This document shows positions 1-11,967 of a DNA stretch of 64,000 bases, piece by piece; within the stretch, counting starts at the first letter, position 1, and each line of letters opens with the position of its first letter. Made by a program: the position numbers and the translations under genes. The stretch is from NCBI RefSeq assembly GCF_022045235.1, contig NW_027266275.1:29016001-29080000 (forward strand), read 5' to 3'. Below the pieces are notes generated by a model, which made no database searches, was not told where the DNA came from, and worked only from the letters and a program-made list of their open reading frames with translations. The DNA is from Haliotis cracherodii (Eukaryota).

Positions 1-835
1 ACGATTCCGTACCGCAAGTGGCTGGCCACCCGTGCTACTAGATTCCATTTCAACTGTCAAAGGTGTGAAAGGGCTGTATTAGTACTTATATATGTCAAAA
101 AATTAATATTTATCTACTAGCCTAGAGCCCCTTGAGGATGCCTGGTTAGGATTGATCCTGAGCAGCCTATGTCAGTCGTTAGGGGCGACCAAATGGATTG
201 GAGGGTCAGGCTTAGAGACTTGACTGATTGCATGTCATCGTACTCGATGGCATGGATTGTTGCTCACAATATCAATCACTGGATTGTCTGGTCCAGACTG
301 GATTATTTACAGGCTGCCGTCATACAACAGGAATATTGCTGAGTGCAGTATTTAACAACAAAGAAACTAAGCTAGACCTAAAATACTATGGGACATTCCT
401 TAATTTCTGCCCTGTGGAGATGCCAGGCCAGGAAGGTCCCCAGTACCTCATGCGTGTCATAAGAACAGACTTAAAAGGTGGTCAGATGCAGTTACTTAAC
501 TTACCCACCTGGTTCAGACTTGATTATTTGAAGACTGCCATGATATAGCTGGAATATTGACGACTGATGTTTTCACAACATTCGATCTCTCGCTCCTACA
601 CTACCTGTTTAACATGTCACTACAGTACAAGAAATCATCTGTTTACAATACACCGAGATTGAGACATGAATGGTCAAGGCATGAACAAATTGAGTCATTG
701 ATCCCCAATCAATCACCTGTTGTAAGGTATTGATCTTCTCCACACAGCTAGCATCTCGTCCCATCCCATTGCAGACCAGGTAATTGCTGTGGAGTGATCA
801 CTTCCTTCTGGAAGTGCCATCGCTTTTCTAATCAG

Positions 836-1325
836 CATTCACGCAGCTATTGATAAGCATTCACACAGCTATTGATAACCATTCGTGCAGCTATTGATAA
901 GCATTCACACAGCTATTGATAACCATTCGTGCAGCTATTGATAAGCATTCACACAGCTATTGATAACCATTTACACAGCTATTGATAACCAGTCATGCAG
1001 CTATTGATAACCAGTCATGCAGCTATTGATAACCATTCACACAGCTATTGATAATCATTCACACAGCTATTGATAACCAGTCATGCAGCTATTGATAACA
1101 TTTCACGCGGCTATTGATAACATTTCACGCGGCTATTGATAACAATTCACGCAGCTATTGATAACACTTCACCCGGCTATTGATAACAATTCACGCAGCT
1201 ATTGATAACAATTTACGCAGCTATTGATGACAATGCATGCAGCTATTGATAACAATGCACCCAGCTATTGATACCATTTCGTACAGCTATTGATAACAAT
1301 GCACCCAGCTATTGATAACCATTCA
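836..1325. repeat. Minisatellite, 22-bp unit (CAGCTATTGATAACCATTCACG), about 22 copies
   Basis: Direct tandem repetition visible in the sequence. Confidence 0.95.
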
Positions 1326-2573
1326 TGGGACTGTTGTAATTGTTTAAGGTTTGTGGAAGATTGTTTGTGCCAAGTCTAGATCTGAAAATAAAGAAAGCCT
1401 CTTGGCTCCTTTTTATTATATTTTATAACTATAATTTACAACTGTTTTTTCTGTAAAATATGTTATTTTCAGAGACTAGATATTTGTCTACAGAAGGATG
1501 GATGATAAAAGATAATACTATGTGAAGTTAGAAGAATATGTCTCCTATGTTTAATGGTTACTCTCCAGCCCTGTAAGATCCATCACAAATCCTCTCATAC
1601 CCATTGCACAGATCAAGATGATTAAGAATAAAATAAAATATTCTGTGGCTGGTAATTGCAGACACATTTTCAGGTAGCAAATTTGATAAAAGATGACATT
1701 TTGTTACTTGCTACCATGGGGAGCCCTGTCCTTGCACTAATATCAGGGCTGGATAAAAGGATTTTGTTTCATGTCTTGTTTTCAGTGGGCTAGCACTATA
1801 AATCGGCATCAGTCCGGACTAGTACAAACACGCACACACATGCACACACACATGCACACACACATGCACATCACTATGTAAGTGCGATAATCTTGGACGC
1901 GACATTAAACGCAATTTCACCTCACCTCACCCACCAGGGTGATGTGTTTGACAAGCCAGTACGTTGCTGGTAGTAGATCACGGTCCACTGACTTCCTTCA
2001 GAACATACATGCTGAGAGTGTTGAAGGATGTGAAAGAACCTTTTATTTCCTAGACAGTGGTTAGTGTTCCATTGAAACCATCCATTAAGGTAAATGTGGA
2101 TAATTTAATTCCTGCACTGTAAGCAAGAAACAGCTCGACCAATCATGATGAGTTTATGGTGATTAAGCTCTCAGTTGGCCCGATACATATGGGCACTTGA
2201 CTGATTTTTCATTCATGAAATATTTGCAAGTGAATTCAAATATTGAGCAATTAGGAACTCAATATACATGTACACTAGCCTGCATTTAGTGAGACAACAT
2301 AGGGCTGTGACTAGGGATGTATGTGTGATATATTGATGAAGCACTCGCTACTTGCAACACAGGAAGCTGCATCCCTGCATCCCTGCATCAGTACATACTA
2401 CAGCCACTCTGTTGATGTGAAGCAATGCAAGTTTACCTGGAAATACTCATTCCAAAGTGTTTCCAGTAAGATAGACGAACATCTACTTTCTGAAATGAAA
2501 ATATTTTCCAAAAAAAACAGCTGTTAAATTATTTTAATAAAATATTATAACAAGGACCGGCTTCATTTTCAGA

Positions 2574-2730
2574 GGGGCGGTGGGGTAGCCTAGCGGTCAC
2601 ACCTAGTCACACCAAAGACCCGGGTTTGATTCCCTACGTAGGTACTATGTGTGAAGCCCATTTTTGGTGTCCCCCGCTGTGATATTGCTGGAATATTGAT
2701 AAAAGGGTCATAAAACTGTACTCACTCACT
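2574..2730 (+). mobile_element. SINE family A copy
   Basis: Similar to 11794-11967. Confidence 0.85.
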
Positions 2731-3445
2731 TCATTTCAGAAATTACAGTAGTCTAAACTTGAAAACGTCTATAGACTTGCATGGGCTGTATTGGATATTT
2801 TTTTTTTAGGATCTGTACGACAGACTACCAGTAAGAGATGGATAGACATTGTCACTAGCTTGAATCCTGTAGTGTTTCAATGTTTTTAGTGGTGTGTCCT
2901 GGACTAACATATAGTCTATTGTGTCTTTAATTACACAGTACATTTCTCTCTTCTAAAAGTTTTTTCTTATGCTGATTTCATTATGTGGAAAACAGCTTGC
3001 TAGGTCTGGCTATTGAAGGTCCCTTACAGATTCGATGCGTATCGCAATACTCAAAAACCATATGCAATATGTATTTGCAATACACGTGAGGACTCAGTTA
3101 TGTGTCAAAATGATGTTATTTGCATATGACGGAATGCTTTCATATGGTGTTTGTAAAATAGTGTTTGTTTATCTGATACTAGCCAAGACTGTGTCGGTAT
3201 ATTGTATTGGCATCAAGAACCGATGTCTTCCGGTATATTGATCCAGGCCTACGGCTAACTAGACACGCCTATTTCTTTTATCGAGATTGCTTTCATCAAA
3301 TTAAATGCAGATATTCCATGGTCATGATTGTCCTAATAGATTGTCCTTACTTTGGTCAGTAAACCTATCTGACAGGTTACGTTTACTGCCTGAAGTAGTT
3401 TCTATACTTCGTATTGAGTAGTTCTGTGAGGAGTACAGACTGGTA

Positions 3446-3761
3446 GGGGGCACGGCTGGCCCAGTTGTCTAAGGTGCCACGATTCGCTGTGCAGAGTTGC
3501 GTCCCTTGGGCATGCCAGAAACCTATGATTGTGGGTTCGAATCCCGGTTTGATTATGTTTCTAGTTTTGTCAGCACCATACCTGTGCTCTTGGGTTTCAT
3601 CGAAGTGGTAAACGTTTGAGACCTGCATCACTTTGGGCTTTCCTCCCACATTATGCTGACACGCTGCGATGTAACTGGAATACTGTTAAAAATGGCGTTA
3701 AACCCAGCTCACTCCACTCACTCACTCACTCACTCACTCACTCACTCACTCACTCACTCAC
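3446..3761 (+). mobile_element. tRNA-derived SINE family C (long A-box to B-box spacer, (ACTC)n tail)
   Basis: A box TGGCCCAGTTGTCTAAGG, B box GGTTCGAATCC. Other copies at 6506-6772, 11370-11570 (tail only), 47432-47714 (-), 54314-54575 (-) and 60050-60590 (-, interrupted). Confidence 0.88.
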
Positions 3762-5104
3762 TCCAGACTGGTAAAGCGTCCTGTCTCTCAGTTCAACTCA
3801 GATCAAGCATGTATTCCACCAGCTGCAACCAGTAGTACAGATTGATGTCGTAAACCATCATGGCAAAATAGTCAACTTGGAGAAAAAAGGTTATCTTGGG
3901 TTAGGCATGTTTTGTGTGCAGAAGCGGTTGTGGATGACATGTGTGGCCATTAAGATGATGTTATTGAGGTGCAGTCTGCAGCAGATGGCTGTGACAGTGT
4001 TTGAGGCGTCTCCATCTGATGCTGGACAGTGTTACGGACCTGTCAGTAACTAAAGGGATATTGACTAGACATTCTTGACTCCACTAAACTAGAATAGCAT
4101 CAAAAACACACAAATGCTTGTTATATTTTAAACATGAAGTGACAATCCATTTTCTCTGGACCATATTTTAAACATGAAGTGAAAATCCATTTTCATTGGC
4201 TTAAAAATTGATTTGATTTCATGGTGAAACCTCCCATTATTCTGCCACCATATAATCACTTGAACATTTCACTCTGAAATCAAGTAACTGTAGTGCTGTA
4301 CCTCGTGGTATGTGATGATAGCAGTTAACAAAGATAATCTAAAAATAATTTTATATATTATTTCTGATATTTCTTCTGGGGACTCAAGGTCCTGTTCCAC
4401 AAAACGATCTTCTCACTAAGACAATTGTAACTCCTTTACTTTAGCATTGACTTCTGTTTGTTTATTTGTTTGTTTGTTTGTTTGTTGTGTAACACCACAC
4501 TCATCAAATATTGTGGCTGTATGACAGTGGTCTGTAAATAGTCGAGTCTGGATCAGACAATCCAGTGATTGATATCTTGAGCATCAATCTGTGCAATTGG
4601 GATACAATAACATGCATCTACCATGTCTGTGAGCCTGACCACCCAATCCCGTTAGTCATATTGACTTATGAAAGTTGTAGCGCTGAGGTCACTTTGTAGA
4701 CCAGGGTCCTGATTAGAATAGGTTCCCACAACTCTATTGCATGTTGTGAGAGTGACTACTTGTAGATTGGATCAGGTGATCTGGCTGGGTGACATGTCAG
4801 ATTGCACGTGTTCACACCTGATTGGTGTAGATGTTGCCCATTGTTTTAGTCACTTTATTGTCTGGTCAAGAGTTTATGATTTACAGTTTGCTGTTATATT
4901 GCTGACTGTGTCATATTACAAACAAACAGCATATTATTAATTATTCCTGCGACTATCCTCCCTGTATTAGATCATAGCCAAAAGTCCTGTATTTTGGCTG
5001 TCATCACACTATAAGGTTTTCAGATTTTCAAAAGAAGTCCTCTTCACTGTCAACTATCCATAACCAGTTGTGCAAGTAATAGTATCTTGTTGCCCAAGCC
5101 TCTT

Positions 5105-6117
5105 GAGGACACAGTGATAGATCTGTGCTGTAACCGACTCGTGAGGACAGTGATAGATCTGTGCTGTAACAGACTCGTGAGGACACAGTGATAGATCTGT
5201 GCTGTAGCAGACTCGTGGGGACACAGCGATAGATCAGTTCTGTAACAGACTCATGAGGACACAGCGATAGATCAGTTCTGTAGCAGACTTGTGAGGACAC
5301 ATTGATAGATCTGTGCTGTAACAGACTGGTGATGACACAGTGATAGATCTGTGCTGTAACCGACTCGTGAGGACACAGTGATAGATCTGTGCTGTAACAG
5401 ACTCGTGAGGACACAGTGATAGATCTCTGCTGTAACAGACTCTTGAGGACACAGCGATAGATCAGTTCTGTAGCAGACTCGTGAGGACACAGTGATAGAT
5501 CTGTGCTGTAACAGACTCGTGAGGACACAGTGATAGATCAGTGCTGTAACTGACTCGTGAGGACACAGTGATAGATCTGTGCTGTAACAGATTCGTGAGG
5601 ACACAGTGATAGATCTGTGCTGTAACTGACTCGTGAGGACACAGTGATAGATCAGTGCTGTAACTGACTCGTGAGGACACAGTGATAGATCTGTGCTGTA
5701 ACAGACTCGTGAGGACACAGTGATAGATCTGTGCTGTAACTGACTCGTGAGGACACAGCGATAGATCTGTGCTGTAACAGACTCGTGAGGACACAGTGAT
5801 AGATCTGTGCTGTAACAGACTCGTGAGGACACATGGATAGATCTGTGCTGTAACTGACTCGTGAGGACACAGTGATAGATCTGTGCTGTAACTGACTCGT
5901 GAGGACACAGTGATAGATCTGTGCTGTAACAGACTCGTGAGGACACAGTGATAGATCTGTGCTGTAACAGACTCGTGAGGACAGTGATAGATCAGTTCTG
6001 TAACAGACTCGTGAGGACACAGTGATAGATCTGTGCTGTAACAGACTCGTGAGGACACAGTGATAGATCAGTGCTGTAACTGACTCGTGAGGACACAGTG
6101 ATAGATCTGTGCTGTAA
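5105..6117. repeat. Minisatellite, 38-bp unit (GAGGACACAGTGATAGATCTGTGCTGTAACAGACTCGT), about 27 copies
   Basis: Direct tandem repetition. Source of the repetitive ORFs at 5028-6236. Confidence 0.97.
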
Positions 6118-6846
6118 GGATCTGGTTCATCCCAGGTAGGACTCCCAGTGTCCCTGCAGGGGAGTAGGAGGGGACGTGTGTTTGCTGCCAGATCAATGCC
6201 AGCTCCTTCAAACATTGATTTGTCTAAAAGGATCATGTACCGCGACCCTGGCCTGTTAATGGGGACAGTTGTGATGGACAGTTGGCGATGGTCATAACGA
6301 GTCCTGGGAAGGGCCCTCCTATCTATGCCGAGTGTGGTCAGGAATACTGTACACTCTGCAGCATTATGACAGGTCGGAGGGCATTCAGCTGTAGATGGTG
6401 ACAGTGACTAGTGGCTGGGGAGCTGTCATCTACATCCAACTTTATGATCTGTTGTGGGATCCATTATGAGGATGAAGATTGTGTAGCATGGGACTTCTAA
6501 ACTGTTTGGGGACCGGTGGCTCAGTTATCTAAGGCGCTGCAATTCACTGTGCAGTGTTGTGTCCCTTGGCCTTGCCAAAAACCTATGATTATGGGTTTGA
6601 ATCCTGGTTCGCCCCGATTATGCTTATAAGTTTGTCAGCACTATACCCATGCCCATGGATCTCAGCAAAGTTTACAACGTTTTTGACCCGCATCACTTTG
6701 GGCATTTTCCCCACACTAAGCTGACACGCTATGATATACTGTTCAAATTGTCGTTAAAACCTAACTCACCCACTCTAAACTGTTTTCATTTAATTCATTC
6801 TAAGGACATTGTTTCAGTCAAAAGCAGTACAATAAATGAAATTTAG

Positions 6847-6927
6847 TATTAATTAAACAACTAATAAGGGAGTACAAAATACTAAATTATAGTATTTTGT
6901 ACTCCCTTGTTAGTTGTTTAATTAATA
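6847..6927. mobile_element. Fold-back element or collapsed MITE (38-bp inverted arms, 5-nt loop)
   Basis: TATTAATTAAACAACTAATAAGGGAGTACAAAATACTA-aatta-TAGTATTTTGTACTCCCTTGTTAGTTGTTTAATTAATA, with one mismatch. Confidence 0.6.
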
Positions 6928-7376
6928 GTTTGTTCTATATACATACAATAAAAATATTACTTACGATTTCTGAAAACTCATTTAACTATTTTGTTGAGCG
7001 TTACTTTCTATTCTACTATGGCAGGTGGAGTGATTCCTCACTCAAGTCAGTGATGGTGAGTGGACATGGCAGTTGGAGTGACTTTTGATGTAAGGTTAGC
7101 TCCTTTGCCCAGTGTCGGTGGTCAATTAGACAGTCAATTTAGTAATCAATTAATCGTGACTTGTTTTTCCGAGTTCGAGGATACAGTCTTGCTTCAGCCT
7201 GTAGTAGCTTAGATTTTCGTATAGGGGTTTAGATTGATGGATTTCTGTTTCAAGAGACTTTATATTAGGTTTACGTGATGGATTACCATGTGCATAGACC
7301 CAAATACTGGGTCTACTCATCCCTACTGTTATTTATGCATCAGTTTAAGTACAATATAGTGCTAATAGTGTAAATC

Positions 7377-7486
7377 TGGAAAGTTTTGCACCATGATGTT
7401 ACTGGCTAATAGCCTTAACTGGACCTGGAAAGTTTTGCACCATGATGTTACTGGCTAATAGCCTTAACTGGATCTGGAAAGTTTTG
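7377..7486. repeat. Short tandem duplication, about 49-bp unit, a little over 2 copies
   Basis: TGGAAAGTTTTGCACCATGATGTTACTGGCTAATAGCCTTAACTGGA is repeated. Confidence 0.9.
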
Positions 7487-8899
7487 CGACATCCTGTTAA
7501 TTACATTACCGAAGATCAAAGCTTCTTTTGTTTCGTGTTATATCTTATAAGTATGCAGCATTTTCTGTTTGTTGGTGGTCTGCAACTATAGGTCATTATG
7601 CAAAGTTATAGAAAAAATATATTGTGAGTCAGAGTTTGAGAAATCCTGCGATAAGAAGTAGATTCGACAGACTTGCATGACTTCTCCCTTACAAACGTCT
7701 TTGGGGGGAATGTTGAACTTGCTCCAGTTACACACTCCACTCAGGTCAACATGCATGTTTAGCCTAGAATCACAACTATGTACGTATGTCTTCTGACATA
7801 CATGTATTAATACTGGCAGACTAGAGATGCCCAGCAGAACAAATCTGTATTGAAATTTTCACAGGATTGCATACTTCATATTACTGCACAGAAGATTGTC
7901 ATTTTTTTATGACGATGAATGCCATATAAGGCCTTATATTTTATTTAATGTTTTTACGATTGCAACCCCCCACTCTCTCTAAAAATGAAAATTAGAAAAA
8001 ATAAAAAATGATATGAATTTTAACTTTTATTTTATTTTTGGCTGACTGTTTTACAATTGAACAACCCAATTACGTGAAATTTATCACCGTTGTTCATAAG
8101 AAATGGTGAATCTAACATATAAAAATCTTTATTCTAACACACACAAACAATCAACTCTCTTTTGGTGTCCGGCCATGTTAAAACTTGTTTGTTTTTAATT
8201 CAGAAGTTACTAGCAGTTCGTAGCTAAGAGCTAAGATTTGTAATAAAATAATAAAAATTTACAACCTTCAATGTTATAACCAACTATTAAAATAAAAGGC
8301 TTAATTACTGATAATGCACATGCAGTGCCTGAAACATGTTTTTAAAAGAGTCCCAAGTTGTGAATCTAGCTCTCAGTACAGGATGGTAATAGAACTGACT
8401 GCAGCCCACCACGTCCCAAGTGGGCAGAGGGCCAGAGTGAGGACGGGAACAGAGTCATGGCTGGGAATTAATCACAGGCATTAACCACCAAGACCTGAAC
8501 ACTAATTACTGTGTGGTAGCGAGGTGCACATTACGATAAGGGTTAGATTGTTGTCTTGTGAGGTCAGCAGTATTTAGACAGGCGGGCGCTGACCGCCCTG
8601 GATCTGTAGGTCATTATTTGTTGTAATGTATTGTTATATGAAAACAAACACAAGGCACTACATTGTAATTCTTTGTTTACAATTAGAAATCCCTGTTTTA
8701 TATACCTCAGGCTTCTAGGCTCTATTTGAATTCACTTTTAATCTAATACAAGGTGAAAGAGATGACACAGTGGGTTTGTTGGGTTGAGATGCAAAAGATA
8801 TCACACACATCACACATCTCACACACAAATCCCTTGTCCTAGTCAGTGTTGAATTGAACCACCCATACCACAATACCCCATTCACTCACAGCACAGTAC

Positions 8900-9800
8900 A
8901 CTACTGACTCACACACACCACACCACACACCCACACCACACTGCTCCACTTCACACACCACACCACACCACACCACACCACAATGCTCCACTTCACACCA
9001 CACCACCACACACCACCACACCACACCACACCACACACCCACACCACNNNNNNNNNNNNNNNNNNNNNNNNNNNNNNNNNNNNNNNNNNNNNNNNNNNNN
9101 NNNNNNNNNNNNNNNNNNNNNNNNNNNNNNNNNNNNNNNNNNNNNNNNNNNNNNNNNNNNNNNNNNNNNNNNNNNNNNNNNNNNNNNNNNNNNNNNNNNN
9201 NNNNNNNNNNNNNNNNNNNNNNNNNNNNNNNNNNNNNNNNNNNNNNNNNNNNNNNNNNNNNNNNNTCACACTGCTCCACTTCACACCACACCACACCACA
9301 CCACACCACACTGCTCCACTTCACACCACACCACACCACACCACACCACACCACACCACACCACACCACACTACTCAACTTCACACCACACTGCTCCACT
9401 TCACACCACACTGCTCCACTTCACACCACACCACACCACACCACACCACACCACACCACATCAAACCACTACACACCATGCCACACCTCACTATACCCAC
9501 TTTAATTAGGCAGTACACCACCCACACCAGACCACAATACACCACCATCCNNNNNNNNNNNNNNNNNNNNNNNNNNNNNNNNNNNNNNNNNNNNNNNNNN
9601 NNNNNNNNNNNNNNNNNNNNNNNNNNNNNNNNNNNNNNNNNNNNNNNNNNNNNNNNNNNNNNNNNNNNNNNNNNNNNNNNNNNNNNNNNNNNNNNNNNNN
9701 NNNNNNNNACCATGCCACACCTCACTCTACCCACTTTAATTAGGCAGTACACCACCCACACCAGACCACAATAAACCACCATCCAAACCATATCACAACA
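8900..9800. repeat. (CACCA)n microsatellite containing two assembly gaps (N at 9048-9265 and 9551-9708)
   Basis: Visible in the sequence. Flanks of the second gap are duplicated (about 9475-9550 and 9709-9784). Confidence 0.95.
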
Positions 9801-9882
9801 CACACCCAGGCCACATCACACGAACCTCACCGACCACCTATTGCACCAGCAAGACCACTCACTGCCCCAACTATTTCCCTTC

Positions 9883-10682
9883 CCACCATCCACCGACCTC
9901 TCAGCCACCCACATCAGTTGGACCACTCTCTGCCCCCTACCACACCCTATCCTTCAATGTAGTGAGACAGAGAGCGGTTCAGTCCAGGTGCTCCTACCCA
10001 CCATCCACCAGCCTCTCAGCCACCCACATCAGCTGAACCACTCTCTGCCCCCTACCACACCCTATCCTTCAATGTAGTGAGACAGAGAGCGGTTCAGTCC
10101 AGGTGCTCCTACCCACCATCCACCAGCCTCTCAGCCACCCACATCAGCTGAACCACTCTCTGCCCCCTACCACACCCTATCCTTCAGTGAAGTGAGACAG
10201 AGAGCGGTTCAGTCCAGGTGCTCCTACCCACCATCCACCAGCCTCTCAGCCACCCACATCAGCTGAACCACTCTCTGCCCCCTACCACACCCTATCCTTC
10301 AATGTAGTGAGACAGAGAGCGGTTCAGTCCAGGTGCTCCTACCCACCATCCACCAGCCTTTCAGCCACCCACATTAGTTGAACCACTCTCTGCCCCCTAC
10401 CACACCCTATCCTTCAATGTAGTGAGACAGGGAGCGGTTCAGTCCAGGTGCTCCTACCCACCATCCACCAACCTCTCAGCCACCCACATCAGCTGAACCA
10501 CTCTCTGCCCCCTACCACACCCTATCCTTCAATGTAGTGAGACAGAGAGTGGTTCAGTCCAGGTGCTCCTACCCACCATCCACCAACCTCTCAGCCACCC
10601 ACATCAGTTGAACCACTCTCTGCCCCCTACCACATCCTATCCTTCAATGTAGTGAGACAGAAAGCGGTTCAGTCCAGGTGCT
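9883..10682. repeat. Tandem array, 115-bp unit, 7 copies, each with an internal inverted repeat
   Basis: AGTGAGACAG recurs at 9961, 10076, 10191, 10306, 10421, 10536 and 10651. Confidence 0.97.
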
Positions 10683-11793
10683 TCTGGCCCGCCTGACACA
10701 TGTGGTGCTCCTCACCTACCCTTGTACCCAACATGTGTATCATCACGTGTATCATCATGTATCCTGGCCAGCTGCCCCTTAGTCCTTCCCTCGTATTCAG
10801 TGTCTCAGGATGAAGACTGAGGTTGAACTAGGTAATGAAATCATGTCTCACACTCAAGGGACTTTCATAATCCGAAATGTGTGTCTCTCTTCCTTGTAAT
10901 CTACAGAGTCTGGGGATGAAGATATTAAGGCTTGAAGTAGGTAATGAAATCTTCTGTTCTACTCTAGGGACGTGCATGACCCAGAATGTGTTATTTAGAG
11001 CTGGTTGATTTGGTGGTGTGCCAGCCCAGGAAGTATCCACACACTGAGGATGTATACAGGTATCAAGCTGGCATCAGGCCTACCATTACATTCCAGTCCA
11101 GGGAAACACAGAAAGTAGGCCTGTGTAGGCTGTGCCTCACAAGTCCAACAGGAACTTATGTTTTCTTGGGGATAGAAAGGCGTTTCCAGGTCATTGTACT
11201 GCAGGTACATGAAGACAAAGTTTGACTAATACATTTCAACTTCTTTATTATTTCATTGCATCATTTCCAAAAAGGGACTGGTACTTTTTACTAAGAAGTG
11301 ATCAATAACTGGGTGGAACATGGTTATATAGCGAATACTACATATATGTCAGTTTGTGTCAAAACTGGTCAAAGTCAAAGACCTGCATCACACCGAGCTT
11401 TCCTCCCACATTGAGCTGACATGCTGTGATGTAACTGGAATACTGCTCAAATCAGTGTTAAACCCTCCTCGCATTCCCTCCTTCCCACCCTTCTTTCCTC
11501 ACTTACTCCTGCACTCACTCACTCACTCACTCACTCACTCACTCACTCACTCACTCACTCACTCACTCACCTTACACCTTACAAGACAAAACTATTTCAC
11601 AAGGTTCAGGCTTTGGTAACCATGGTGGCTAAAGTCACAGACCGGCACATTGAGATTAATAAAACAACAAACAAGGGTGACAAGTGATGACAGGGATGAA
11701 GCCTGCACAGCAGTTGTTGGTCACCTGCTTGATAACGGTACTTGCCTCTGTAGTGAAATGTCCTATTGAAAGTCAACTCTCTTCATTAAACAT

Positions 11794-11967
11794 GGAGGGG
11801 TGGTCGGGTAGCCTAGTGGTTAAAGCGTTCGCTCGTCACGCTGAAAACCCGGGTTCGAATCCCGACATGGGTACAATGTGTGAAGCCCATTTCTGGTGTA
11901 CCCCGCCGTGATATTGCTGGAATATTGCTAAAAGCGGCGTAAAACCAAACTCACTCACACTCACTCA
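11794..11967 (+). mobile_element. tRNA-derived SINE family A (~170 bp, (ACTC)n tail), representative copy
   Basis: A box TAGCCTAGTGG, B box GGTTCGAATCC, tail GCTGGAATATTGCTAAAAGCGGCGTAAAAC. Other copies at 2574-2730, 17886-18040, 21931-22035 (-), 52546-52700 and 57997-58145. Confidence 0.9.

Noticed and set aside
5028-6236. Several long overlapping ORFs, and a CRISPR-like regular repeat
   Set aside because: Pure tandem 38-bp units with no unique spacers and no cas genes, in an intron-rich animal genome. The ORFs are repeat artefacts.
9475-9784. Direct duplication flanking the second N gap
   Set aside because: Typical of unmerged contig ends, so it cannot be treated as real without long reads.
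10033-10055. Resemblance of the hairpin arm to mammalian miR-423-5p (GGGGCAGAGAG)
   Set aside because: Short purine-rich match to a mammal-restricted family; most likely coincidental.
10805-10955. Two AG|GTAATG donor-like motifs suggesting hidden ASH2L exons
   Set aside because: A degenerate local duplication with no ASH2L-like translation.
11794-11870. Apparent tRNA genes here and at other A-box/B-box sites
   Set aside because: Each continues into a shared SINE body and tail and lacks a complete cloverleaf.
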